Positions 1 to 9,037 of a DNA stretch of 60,566 bases are shown piece by piece. This DNA is from an uncultured Bacillota bacterium. Its GTDB lineage: Bacteria > Bacillota_I > Bacilli_A > RF39 > UBA660. Within the stretch, counting starts at the first letter, position 1. Each line of letters begins with the position of its first letter. The position numbers were made by a program, and so were the translations under genes. Location: the NCBI GenBank assembly GCA_946622285.1, contig CAMOPK010000004.1, positions 1 through 60,566 on the forward strand. The letters are read 5' to 3'. Below the pieces are notes generated by a model. That model was not told where the DNA came from and searched no databases. It was given only the letters and a program-made list of their open reading frames with translations.

Positions 1-238
1 TATCTGCACCTATAATATGATGCTCTTCAGTAAAACTTACATCTGTTACACTAGCAATGTCATGAAGAAGAGCTGCTATTGCAACTATTTCTAAATCTGC
101 ACCATATTCACTAGCATATTTTTTTGCTAGTTCATAAACTATTTTTATGTGATGGTCCCATGCTCCTATCCCATATGCATTTGTAGGTTGTTCACATCTA
201 TTTTTTACTTCATTATACATTTTATCTTCAATTGTCAT
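1..238 (-). CDS. HD-domain phosphohydrolase (5' part; runs off window)
   Basis: Manual translation from ATG at 238 (RBS AGGAGA): MTIEDKMYNEVKNRCEQPTNAYGIGAWDHHIKIVYELAKKYASEYGADLEIVAIAALLHDIAS...EEHH; H...AALLHD motif. Confidence 0.85.
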   Translation of the reverse strand, partial: MTIEDKMYNEVKNRCEQPTNAYGIGAWDHHIKIVYELAKKYASEYGADLEIVAIAALLHDIASVTDVSFTEEHHIIGAD

Positions 239-372
239 AATATTTCTCCTGCTCCAATTGTTTAACCATCAATACCAAGTATCAAATACAATTTATTTTT
301 AGTTTTATTGATATAAAATGTGTCGGCATATTACAAGCCAGTACTCTAATTTTCCTCAAAAATGAGTATATT

Positions 373-608
373 TTAACCTGTTTTCCTTAATTTATCTTCT
401 TCTACAAATTCTAATTTATTGCTTTTTCCAATATATGGACTAGCTAAATCATTTGGTTTAAAAGTTCCAGTACATTTTGTGGACATAGAACAATATGAAT
501 AGTTTCCAATAATTCCAGCTCCTTCAAGGCAAATTGCATTTCTAACTTCTTCTATATTTTTTGTTGGAACTGTTACGATTATTTTACTTTATTAATATTA
601 AGATTCAT
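373..608 (-). pseudogene. Frameshifted/truncated YqfO (NIF3 PII-like insert)-type small protein
   Basis: ATG AAT CTT AAT ATT AAT AAA GTA AAA TAA stops early. A shifted frame reads KIIVTVPTKNIEEVRNAICLEGAGIIGNYSYCSMSTKCTGTFKPNDLASPYIGKSNKLEFVEEDKLRKTG*, matching the family GAGxIGNYxxCS..GTFxP..P[FY]IG motif but lacking the C-terminal HPYEEP. Confidence 0.7.
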
Positions 609-630
609 AATTTTATACCTCTATACTATT

Positions 631-1506
631 TTAGTCATTAAATTCATCACTATGTTCTTTAAAGAATGCATTATATATTTTTACATTATCTAATTCTGTC
701 CATTTTTTAGATTTAACTGGAGTTGTATCCAAATCATAGATTTTAGCATTATCTAATGCCAAAAGAAATGGTGAATGTGTTGCAATAATAAATTGACAAT
801 TATAAAATCTTGCAGATTCCTCAATAAAAGTCTTAAGTTTCAATTGATTTTCAGCCGATAAACTGTTTTCAGGTTCATCTATTATGTATAAAGCATTATC
901 TTCAATTTCATTTTGCCAGAAGTCTAATGCTGTTTCACCATTTGATTCTTGAACTATAGTATTGTTTCTTAATCTTGTTCTTACATATTTGGAAACTGTC
1001 ATTCGATTAGAATCAACTTTATTTTTTAATTCTTCATATTGGTTTAAACCGGAATTATATTTTGTTGATGGAGTATTTTTGTATTCATAATATTCATCTA
1101 TCAAATCATTTTTTCTTCTATTTACATTTGAATTAATGGCTCTTAAATCTAGTAAATAGTCAAATACATCATCACTAGAGATATATTTCATACCTTTACA
1201 TTCACTTTGATGCATCAATTCACAATACTTTTTGCATTCTCTTACATATTGATCAAATAGTTCACTTCGTTTATCAATGTTTCGCTTTGATGCATTAATT
1301 GAATCACAAATGAGATTTAAAAGGGTTGTTTTACCAGAACCATTTCCACCATAAAAAATTGTGATAGGTTCAAAATCTATATTTGAGAATTCTTTTTCTG
1401 AGAAAATTTTTAAAGGATAAAGATTATTATATATATTCATTTTATGCATTATCAGTGGATGTTCTTCATTTTCATCTAGCAATTTGAAACTTTTAAGATA
1501 AATCAT
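631..1506 (-). CDS. Soluble ABC/AAA-type ATPase (COG3910-like)
   Basis: Walker A GGNGSGKTT, ESNGE signature-like, IIDEPENSLS Walker B, ATHSP H-loop; no TM segments. Confidence 0.85.
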   Translation of the reverse strand: MIYLKSFKLLDENEEHPLIMHKMNIYNNLYPLKIFSEKEFSNIDFEPITIFYGGNGSGKTTLLNLICDSINASKRNIDKRSELFDQYVRECKKYCELMHQSECKGMKYISSDDVFDYLLDLRAINSNVNRRKNDLIDEYYEYKNTPSTKYNSGLNQYEELKNKVDSNRMTVSKYVRTRLRNNTIVQESNGETALDFWQNEIEDNALYIIDEPENSLSAENQLKLKTFIEESARFYNCQFIIATHSPFLLALDNAKIYDLDTTPVKSKKWTELDNVKIYNAFFKEHSDEFND

Positions 1507-1571
1507 AATATTCCTCCTTTAAATCATTTTTATTATAACATGTAAATGACAAAAAAAGATAGTTTTGTTGA

Positions 1572-2630
1572 CTATCTCTCTATATAAATTCTAGGTACTC
1601 TTTTTCCTATTGAACATATTACCTCATATGTAATTGTATCTAAATGCTTTGCAATTTCTTTAATATGTTCTATATCCTTTATAATTACAACTTTATCACC
1701 AACAGAAACTTCATCATCTACTTTTACAAATAACATATCCATACAAACGTTTCCAACTATTTTATATGGCTTATCATTTATAAAAACTGTTCTTCCAGTA
1801 TTTTTTCTGATAATTCCATCAGCATATCCTATTGCAATCACTGCAATTTTTTCATTACCTTTTGCCTTATATGCCCCATTATATCCTACTGTTTCATTAG
1901 TAACATCGTTTATTTGTATTACTTCACTATATAAACTAAATGTAGATTTAAATTTAATATCTTTATAATCAATTAACCCATACATTGATATTCCAAGTCT
2001 ACAGCCATTGGCATAGCTTCTTCTTTTAAAATATTCGGTTGCTTCACTTGCACCAACATGAATTATGGGTATTTCATTTAAATTAATATCTGAAGTTATA
2101 TTTTCAAATTTTTCCCATTGCTTTAAAGTTGTAACAGAATCACTTGGATTATATATATGTGTGTAGATTCCTTCTAAATAGAATCTATTTTTTATTTCAT
2201 TATACATTTTATTAAATTCGTCTTTATTATTAACACCTAATCTATTCATACCAGTATTAATCTTTATATGTACTTTTAGATTATCATTACTAATATTTAT
2301 TTTAGATAAATAATCATAGTTATTAATTGTTATCGTTATGTTATTTTTAACACAAATATCAATATATTTTGGATCAATTATACCAAGGCATAATATTGGA
2401 ATATCAGTTATTTCTTTTCTGATTTCTAAAGCTTCATCTAAAGTAGCAGTCACTAAATAATTACATCCTGCATCTATAATTGTTTTAACAACTTTATTAT
2501 CATTGTGTCCATAGCAATCTGCTTTGACAACACCAAAATAATATTTATAATCACTATATCTTTTAATTAATTCTTGAACATTATATTTTATATTATTCAA
2601 ATTGATTTCTACATAAGTATTTCTATACAT
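1572..2630 (-). CDS. alr: Alanine racemase
   Basis: VVKADCYGH PLP-Lys motif, HIKINTGMNRLG, GYADG, VGNVCMD, TITYEVIC...RVPR. Confidence 0.95.
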   Translation of the reverse strand: MYRNTYVEINLNNIKYNVQELIKRYSDYKYYFGVVKADCYGHNDNKVVKTIIDAGCNYLVTATLDEALEIRKEITDIPILCLGIIDPKYIDICVKNNITITINNYDYLSKINISNDNLKVHIKINTGMNRLGVNNKDEFNKMYNEIKNRFYLEGIYTHIYNPSDSVTTLKQWEKFENITSDINLNEIPIIHVGASEATEYFKRRSYANGCRLGISMYGLIDYKDIKFKSTFSLYSEVIQINDVTNETVGYNGAYKAKGNEKIAVIAIGYADGIIRKNTGRTVFINDKPYKIVGNVCMDMLFVKVDDEVSVGDKVVIIKDIEHIKEIAKHLDTITYEVICSIGKRVPRIYIER

Positions 2631-2641
2631 AAAAGCCCTTC

Positions 2642-3058
2642 TTAGTATTTATATAATATTACATTATTTCTTGCATCTTTAATATTTACTAAAATGTTAC
2701 ATTCAAGTGAATCTAACTTAATATCAAAACATTTTCTTTTATTCATATAACAGACGTCACTATCAATATTTTCAAATTTAAAATTAAGAGCATAAATATC
2801 ATTTTCAATTCTTTTCACATTAGAAATGATCGGCCATATCATAGCTGACTCGTTATTTTCAGATATGCAGTATTCATTGAAATGAATATTTTTAGTTTCA
2901 CCGATTTCTATTGAATTAATATCATTCGTATTAAAATAAATACACACTACGAAGCAATATTTCCCAGATTTATCTGTGACTCTTAAGTTACCATTTATAT
3001 CATATTCTATTTCACTGATTCCAATATCCTCATTATTTAAAATCATCGTATTTTTCAT
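2642..3058 (-). CDS. Hypothetical protein
   Basis: Open frame, GAGGT RBS before MKNT; no recognised motif. Confidence 0.6.
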   Translation of the reverse strand: MKNTMILNNEDIGISEIEYDINGNLRVTDKSGKYCFVVCIYFNTNDINSIEIGETKNIHFNEYCISENNESAMIWPIISNVKRIENDIYALNFKFENIDSDVCYMNKRKCFDIKLDSLECNILVNIKDARNNVILYKY

Positions 3059-3069
3059 AATATACCTCA

Positions 3070-3801
3070 TTATTTTTCATTTAAAATTTTATTAAATTCT
3101 TCATAATTAGTTATGTTACAAAGATGTCCTGCATTTTTAATTATTTTGATACCATTAATATATTTCTTAGTAAAATTCAAAAAGAGTTTATCTTTTTCAC
3201 CATATATAAGTTTAACATTGTCATATTTTTTTAACAGTTCAATGTTTTTGTTTTTATTTTTCAAGAATGTTGTAATTTCATCAAACCATTTATATAAAAT
3301 ACTTTTATCCATACGTGTTGTAAATTCATAAAAATTCTTTTTGAATGATTTTTCTTCTTTATTGTTTAAAACAAATGCAACTATTAAATGCATATATAAA
3401 GATCTTGGTATAATTTTTTTAATTTTATTTGTTACATAATAGCCAAGTGTTAAAAATTTACTAGAAAATCCATATACAGGTGAAATAAGGTATACCTTTT
3501 CAACGTCTTCACTATATTTTTCTAAATAATTTGTTGTTATCATTGCACCTAAAGAAACACCTAATATATCTATTTTGGTGTTTTTTTCACTTGCAAAGTT
3601 ATGAATTTCGTTAATAACACTTTCGAATGTAGCACCTTTGACACTTGATTCCCTTGTATGACCTGCAAGACGAATACATACAATATTATATTTTTCACTT
3701 AAAACCGGAATTTGTTCATAAAAAAGTTTTTCAGTTCCACCCATTGGATGAATCAAAACAATCCACTTGTTTTTTTTATTATCTATTATATTCTTTATCA
3801 C
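3070..3801 (-). CDS. Alpha/beta hydrolase
   Basis: LIHPMGG, GVSLG nucleophile elbow, YGEKD, NAGH. Confidence 0.85.
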   Translation of the reverse strand: MIKNIIDNKKNKWIVLIHPMGGTEKLFYEQIPVLSEKYNIVCIRLAGHTRESSVKGATFESVINEIHNFASEKNTKIDILGVSLGAMITTNYLEKYSEDVEKVYLISPVYGFSSKFLTLGYYVTNKIKKIIPRSLYMHLIVAFVLNNKEEKSFKKNFYEFTTRMDKSILYKWFDEITTFLKNKNKNIELLKKYDNVKLIYGEKDKLFLNFTKKYINGIKIIKNAGHLCNITNYEEFNKILNEK

Positions 3802-3804
3802 AGA

Positions 3805-4209
3805 TTAAAACCTTTCTTCTAGTGTTGGATTCCCTTCTTCATCATATATTACTGAAGTTACATTCGACATATATAGAATAGCAAAATCAGGATTATCTAA
3901 TGTATATCCTGCAGCTTCTGCCCATTCAAATTCGCTGATTGCTTTCTTTTTAGCATCAATATTATTGCTATCATCAACTAGTTCACAATTAATTCTAATC
4001 CATTCTACATTGTCATATGCAACAATACATACTTTATTATTAGTAATCATTTGCTTATATACATTTTTCTTTTTGTTAGTTAAAATGTATATTTTTCCAT
4101 CATATTCAAAAGGATCTCCAAATGGTCTTACACTTGGTTTATCTCCATCAATTGTTGCAATATAGTTTACTTGTGTTCTTTCTTTTAAAAATTTAAATGT
4201 TTCTTTCAT
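3805..4209 (-). CDS. Pyridoxamine 5'-phosphate oxidase-like (split-barrel flavin-binding) protein
   Basis: YIATIDGDKPSVRPF, T..KKNVYKQM..NNKV. Confidence 0.8.
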   Translation of the reverse strand: MKETFKFLKERTQVNYIATIDGDKPSVRPFGDPFEYDGKIYILTNKKKNVYKQMITNNKVCIVAYDNVEWIRINCELVDDSNNIDAKKKAISEFEWAEAAGYTLDNPDFAILYMSNVTSVIYDEEGNPTLEERF

Positions 4210-4228
4210 AAAATCCTCCATATATTTA

Positions 4229-4687
4229 TCAATCTATTAATGCTGTATCTTTTAGTAAGATAATATCATTATTTAATTCTTTTATTTTAGTCAAGTTTTT
4301 AGGATCATCATCAATGACTATTATGATACTATCATCTCGTTCATAGTTTTTCATATAATCTGCTTTTAGTATAGCAGTTTCAATCATATTATTTGCTTCT
4401 CTTGAAAGTATTACTCTATTTTCTTTTTTAAAGAATGGTGCATATTTATCTAACCACCAGTTTTTTTGTTCTATTCCTTCCGACTTTCTTGTTGCAGATA
4501 AAATATATAAATCTACATTTGGTAATTCTGAAATTACTTTTAATTTATTGATGCTATCAAATAATGGCCTTTTTTTATCATAGTTACGTGCTTCTCCAAG
4601 TACATAATCAGCTATTACGCCATCCATATCAACAAATAGTTTTACCTTTTTGTTACCATATTGCTTTAAATATTCTTTTAGATACAT
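4229..4687 (-). CDS. HAD-superfamily 5'(3')-nucleotidase-like protein
   Basis: FVDMDGVIAD motif I, ILSA motif II, K..WL, IDDD motif IV. Confidence 0.75.
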   Translation of the reverse strand: MYLKEYLKQYGNKKVKLFVDMDGVIADYVLGEARNYDKKRPLFDSINKLKVISELPNVDLYILSATRKSEGIEQKNWWLDKYAPFFKKENRVILSREANNMIETAILKADYMKNYERDDSIIIVIDDDPKNLTKIKELNNDIILLKDTALID

Positions 4688-4753
4688 AATTTCATCACCA
4701 TACAATAATTATAACATAAAAAGTAGGACTATTTCCTACTTTTATTGTATATG

Positions 4754-5182
4754 TTAATTATCTTTAAAGCCTTCCCACACATTATTAGAAACATCAACTT
4801 TTATTTCTTCAATTATGTGACCAACATTACCTTCTCCTGCATATTTATCTAAATTGAAAAAGTTATCATTTAAATTGATCCATTCCAGTTTGTTAATTTC
4901 TTCAATTAATTCAATATTTTTATTTAAAAAACCATAATATACTTCTAGTTCATAATTAAATGCTAGATATATAGAAGTCATAAAATGTTTTAATTCAATA
5001 TCTTTATTTGTTATACCTGTTTCTTCTAATAATTCACGATATGCTTCACTTAAATGATCTTCATTTTCAATTTTACCGCCAACAAAATTATATTTTCCTT
5101 TATATGGCTCTTTAGTTCGTTTACACATTAAAACTTTGCTAAAATCCATATTAAAAACAGCAATAACATTATACTTTTTCAT
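4754..5182 (-). CDS. NUDIX hydrolase
   Basis: GGKIENEDHLSEAYRELLEETGI Nudix box. Confidence 0.9.
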   Translation of the reverse strand: MKKYNVIAVFNMDFSKVLMCKRTKEPYKGKYNFVGGKIENEDHLSEAYRELLEETGITNKDIELKHFMTSIYLAFNYELEVYYGFLNKNIELIEEINKLEWINLNDNFFNLDKYAGEGNVGHIIEEIKVDVSNNVWEGFKDN

Positions 5183-5236
5183 ATAATCACCAAGTAAATT
5201 ATAGCACGAAAAAAGCATTTTATTAAAAAATGCTTT

Positions 5237-6133
5237 TTAAATATCGAGAATTGCTAATATAACTATTCCAATTATTGCTATTATCAAAAATATGTACTTT
5301 GGTATAGATAATTTTTCTTTTAAGAAAATACTTGAAAGTAAAAGTGATAATATGCAGTAACTACCTACTATAGAAGCATTTATAGTTGAATTGTCAGCCA
5401 TTGCAAAAACATAAAAGAATTGACCTAATGTTTCAAATATAGCTGCTACCCACATAGTAATGTCTTTTTTAATAGTTATTTTTTCTTTGTGTCTCTTTAA
5501 ATATAATATTCCAAAGATTGCTACTAAAAGAAATGTATATTCATAAGCTACTAAAGCTACATTTTCAGATACGAGTTCAAATTTATCTAAATAAATTGCA
5601 TCTAAAAAAGTTCCTAAACCATCTATTAAGCAGTAAATAATTGGAAATACTATTGCTAATATTTTATTTTTCTTTGTTACCACTACTTTATTATCTTTCT
5701 TCTCAAGTAGAGAAACACCAAAAATACCAATAAAGATTAAAATAAAAGCAATATATGCCTTACCTGGCAATACTTCTTTAAAGAATAATAGTAATAATAA
5801 ACTTGTTATTACCCCACTTGTATTTTGAACTGGACTTGATATTGATAATTCAATATATTTAAGCCCTTTATATCCAATATACATTGATAATATATAACAA
5901 AATGATACCGGTAAATATTTTAAAACATCTATTAAATACTTACCTATATTGCTGAAGTTAATGCCATTATATATGATAAAACCAGTTGCATATAGTCCCA
6001 TGACAATACCGACAACTATAGCAGTTTTTAAATCACTATACTTGTCTTTTTCATTATTTGATTTTTTATAAAATAAGTCAGCTAAGCCCCATAAAAGAAA
6101 ACATAGCAAACTAAAAATTGTACCTATTTTCAT
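5237..6133 (-). CDS. EamA/DMT family transporter
   Basis: ~10 hydrophobic segments in two halves, each ending LFFKE/IFLKE. Confidence 0.85.
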   Translation of the reverse strand: MKIGTIFSLLCFLLWGLADLFYKKSNNEKDKYSDLKTAIVVGIVMGLYATGFIIYNGINFSNIGKYLIDVLKYLPVSFCYILSMYIGYKGLKYIELSISSPVQNTSGVITSLLLLLFFKEVLPGKAYIAFILIFIGIFGVSLLEKKDNKVVVTKKNKILAIVFPIIYCLIDGLGTFLDAIYLDKFELVSENVALVAYEYTFLLVAIFGILYLKRHKEKITIKKDITMWVAAIFETLGQFFYVFAMADNSTINASIVGSYCILSLLLSSIFLKEKLSIPKYIFLIIAIIGIVILAILDI

Positions 6134-6141
6134 ATTCTCAC

Positions 6142-7095
6142 CTATTGTTTAAATAAATATGAATAAATATCTAAAGCTAATTTATCGACTTGATGACGAA
6201 TTACCCCTTCAGATATATCCACATAATTATTATGAATAATTTGAACTTTCATTTTTTTTATTTTTTCTTTATCAAATTCAACTTTATCTTTTTGTTCAGC
6301 AACTTTATATTTTTCAATGATGCTATCAGATATTTTTCCATCATTTACAACTACAACATCAACTTTTCTTTTACCTAAATAATTGTTTAAAGCTTTAATG
6401 TGATCGCTGACAGTATAGTTATCAGTTTCTCCAGGTTGTGTCATCATATTACAAACATACATTATTTTAGCATCACTTTTTCGAATTGCTCTTCTCATAT
6501 CAGCATTTAATAAGTTTGGTATTACACTTGTATATAAACTACCCATACTTAAAAGAATTAAATCAGCATTTTCTACTTCTTTTAATACTAATGGATTAGT
6601 TTTAACATCATCTTTATAAAAAACTTTTTTTATGCTTTTATTAGATTCTGTTATGTTATGTTCTCCAATGATTTCACTACCATCTTCCATTATGGCACTT
6701 AAAGTTGCATTATCTTCTGTTAGAGGAAGAACTTTTCCTTTTAAATTAAAGACTTTAGAAAGTGATTCAATTCCATCAGACATATTTCCAGTTATATTTG
6801 CAAGAGCCGTTAGAACTAAATTACCTACGGCATGGCCATTTAAATCACTTGTTGTCTGAAAGCGATAGTTCATGAGTTTTTCAATTAAAGGCTCAGTTTC
6901 AGAAAGCGATGTTATAACTCTTCTAATATCACCGACAGCAATTGTATTAAATTCGGCACGTAATCTACCAGTACTTTTACCATCATCACTTACAGATACA
7001 ACTGCTGTTATATCTAGTGGAAATAGTTTTAGACCTTTTAACAATGTTGACATTCCTGTCCCACCACCGAGTACTACAACTTTCTTGTTTCTCAT
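6142..7095 (-). CDS. yvcK: YvcK/GlmR family UDP-GlcNAc-binding protein (gluconeogenesis factor)
   Basis: VVLGGGTG, VSVSDDGKSTGRLR, GHAVGNL, GSLYTSVIPNLL, NMMTQPGET. Confidence 0.93.
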   Translation of the reverse strand: MRNKKVVVLGGGTGMSTLLKGLKLFPLDITAVVSVSDDGKSTGRLRAEFNTIAVGDIRRVITSLSETEPLIEKLMNYRFQTTSDLNGHAVGNLVLTALANITGNMSDGIESLSKVFNLKGKVLPLTEDNATLSAIMEDGSEIIGEHNITESNKSIKKVFYKDDVKTNPLVLKEVENADLILLSMGSLYTSVIPNLLNADMRRAIRKSDAKIMYVCNMMTQPGETDNYTVSDHIKALNNYLGKRKVDVVVVNDGKISDSIIEKYKVAEQKDKVEFDKEKIKKMKVQIIHNNYVDISEGVIRHQVDKLALDIYSYLFKQ

Positions 7096-7149
7096 ATATA
7101 TCACCTAACTTTATATTACCAAATTTTTGGCTTTTTTTCTAGTTTGACC

Positions 7150-7174
7150 AAAAAAAGAGAGCAATCTCTCTTTT
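7150..7174 (-). terminator. Intrinsic terminator after the HipA-like pair
   Basis: AAAAGAGAG-ATTG-CTCTCTTTTTTT on minus strand. Confidence 0.7.
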
Positions 7175-8066
7175 ATCTAGTCATTTTTGAAGCTTCTTCT
7201 TGCTTTGATTCAACAAATCTTTTTAAGAAATCGATTCCTTCACTTTCTAATCCAACACCATTACCTGCTCGTTTTTGAAACTCATTAATTATTGGTATAT
7301 AATTGCTATTTATTATTTCGTCCAATATTTTTTTTACAGTTTCGGGATATTCCCATAATAATGCAATTATATTTGCATCCAGACCATCTAATGTTATTGG
7401 TCCAGTACGAAATTCGGGATCTTCAACTGGAATAGCGGGAACCCATATTTTATTATATCTTGAATCAATTCCTTGTTTTGTTGCAGCAAATGAAGACTCA
7501 CTATCAATTATTGGAGCCAATCTAAGTTTGCCATCTGGACCTTGCTCAAATGTAAGGTTTCTAATATTATCATCTAATTGATGAGTAAACCAATCAATTA
7601 CATATTTACGAATAATTTGAGTTTTCAACTCTGGATTATTAGCAGATACAGAGTCTATAAGTTCCATTATCTTTTTTAAAGTAACGCTTGTACTTGCTGT
7701 ATAATATGGATTGCCAAACTGTGGGTATATATGATGTAATGTTGCAAGACTTTCATATCGATATCCATCTTTATGAACATTTGGTGATAATAATCCTTGA
7801 GCACCATTTAGTGTAACAAGCCTATATGACGCAGTTTCGAATCCATGCATATGTAAAACAGCATCAGATAGTAATTCACCTAATACGCGAGCGTCACCTC
7901 TTTGTTTAAAATATTGCAAAACACCATCAATTCGATACCAGTTGTTTTTTTCATCAAAATGTTCGCGGTCAATACCCAAAAGTTTCCCAGCTTCTGCATA
8001 TGTTACTTTTCTTAATCGACTTAATTCAGTTATTCTTTTTTTATTAAAAGTTATATTATAATACAT
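7173..8066 (-). CDS. HipA/CtkA-like protein kinase-fold protein (copy 2)
   Basis: YFKQR..RVLGELLS (K/E pair), GLLSPN, DWFTHQLDDNIRN catalytic-loop-like, LAPIIDSESSF. Confidence 0.7.
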   Translation of the reverse strand: MYYNITFNKKRITELSRLRKVTYAEAGKLLGIDREHFDEKNNWYRIDGVLQYFKQRGDARVLGELLSDAVLHMHGFETASYRLVTLNGAQGLLSPNVHKDGYRYESLATLHHIYPQFGNPYYTASTSVTLKKIMELIDSVSANNPELKTQIIRKYVIDWFTHQLDDNIRNLTFEQGPDGKLRLAPIIDSESSFAATKQGIDSRYNKIWVPAIPVEDPEFRTGPITLDGLDANIIALLWEYPETVKKILDEIINSNYIPIINEFQKRAGNGVGLESEGIDFLKRFVESKQEEASKMTR

Positions 8067-8074
8067 TATTTCAC

Positions 8075-8959
8075 CTAAAGAGCGATTATTTTTTCCTTTT
8101 CTTTGCTCTTCTTATTAATTATATCACATAAATAACTAATTGTGCTCATAGGTAAACTAATTTGGCTAGAACTTTTAGCATATTTTTTAAAAATTGCTTC
8201 ATAATCAATACCAAAAATTCGGCTTAATGCCTTTGTTGTTTCTTCAGGATAGTCAAAGTATAATGCAACAATATTAGCATCCAATTCATTATCGAAAAAA
8301 TATGGATTTTTCTTAAAATCTTGATCTTCGTATGGTATTGCAGGTACCCAAATAGATGTATCAGCAAAAGATTCTTTGCTAGTAATACCAAAACATCTCT
8401 CACGATCATATGATGGAGCTAATGCTAATCTATTGTTTTCTGCATCATATTTAAACATTAAGTTATGTGGATTCCCATCAGTTTGAATTGTAACCCACTC
8501 TAACACATATCGATCAATTAGTTCTTGAATTAATTCATTTTTACCAGCAATATTTTGCATAGATAAAAACTCTAATATTTCTTTAAAAGTCATTTGACCT
8601 CTAACATGAAACGGCAATAAATCAACTAAATTATATAAATCATAATATCTATATTTGTCAACATCTTGAAAATTAGACGTTAGTAAACCTTGGCTTCCGT
8701 TTAAATTTACAATTTCGTAGTTTGCAGTTTCAATACCCAAACTATCAACAATGTCTTCGGATATCTTTTCGCCAAATACTCTACCATCTTCTCTTTTTTT
8801 AAAAAAGCATATTGTTCCATCAATTTTATACCAGCTATCTTTTGCAGCTAATAATTGCTTATCAATATTTACTGACTTTAAAACGTCAAAATCAGCTAAT
8901 TTTGATCCTTTTATGCTTCTAATTCCATCAGGATTTACATTACCAAAGTGTAACATCAA
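8075..8959 (-). CDS. HipA/CtkA-like protein kinase-fold protein (copy 1)
   Basis: FFKKR..RVFGEKIS, GLLTSNF, WVTIQTDGNPHN, LAPSYDRERCF; clear paralog of 7173..8066. Confidence 0.72.
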   Translation of the reverse strand: MMLHFGNVNPDGIRSIKGSKLADFDVLKSVNIDKQLLAAKDSWYKIDGTICFFKKREDGRVFGEKISEDIVDSLGIETANYEIVNLNGSQGLLTSNFQDVDKYRYYDLYNLVDLLPFHVRGQMTFKEILEFLSMQNIAGKNELIQELIDRYVLEWVTIQTDGNPHNLMFKYDAENNRLALAPSYDRERCFGITSKESFADTSIWVPAIPYEDQDFKKNPYFFDNELDANIVALYFDYPEETTKALSRIFGIDYEAIFKKYAKSSSQISLPMSTISYLCDIINKKSKEKEKIIAL

Positions 8960-8983
8960 AACCTCACCCCTTAATTCGCATTG

Positions 8984-9012
8984 ATAATATCATAAGAATT
9001 TAAAATTGTCAA
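8984..9012 (-). promoter_or_regulatory. Sigma-A promoter of the HipA-like pair
   Basis: TTGACA-17 nt-TATTAT with extended -10 TG. Confidence 0.7.
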
Positions 9013-9037
9013 AATAAAAAGCAAATTTAATTTGCTT

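Noticed and set aside
2642-3058. Possible paralogy with 45593..46093 (shared NNEDI near the N-terminus, beta-rich)
   Set aside because: Similarity is too short to support by eye; needs a profile comparison.
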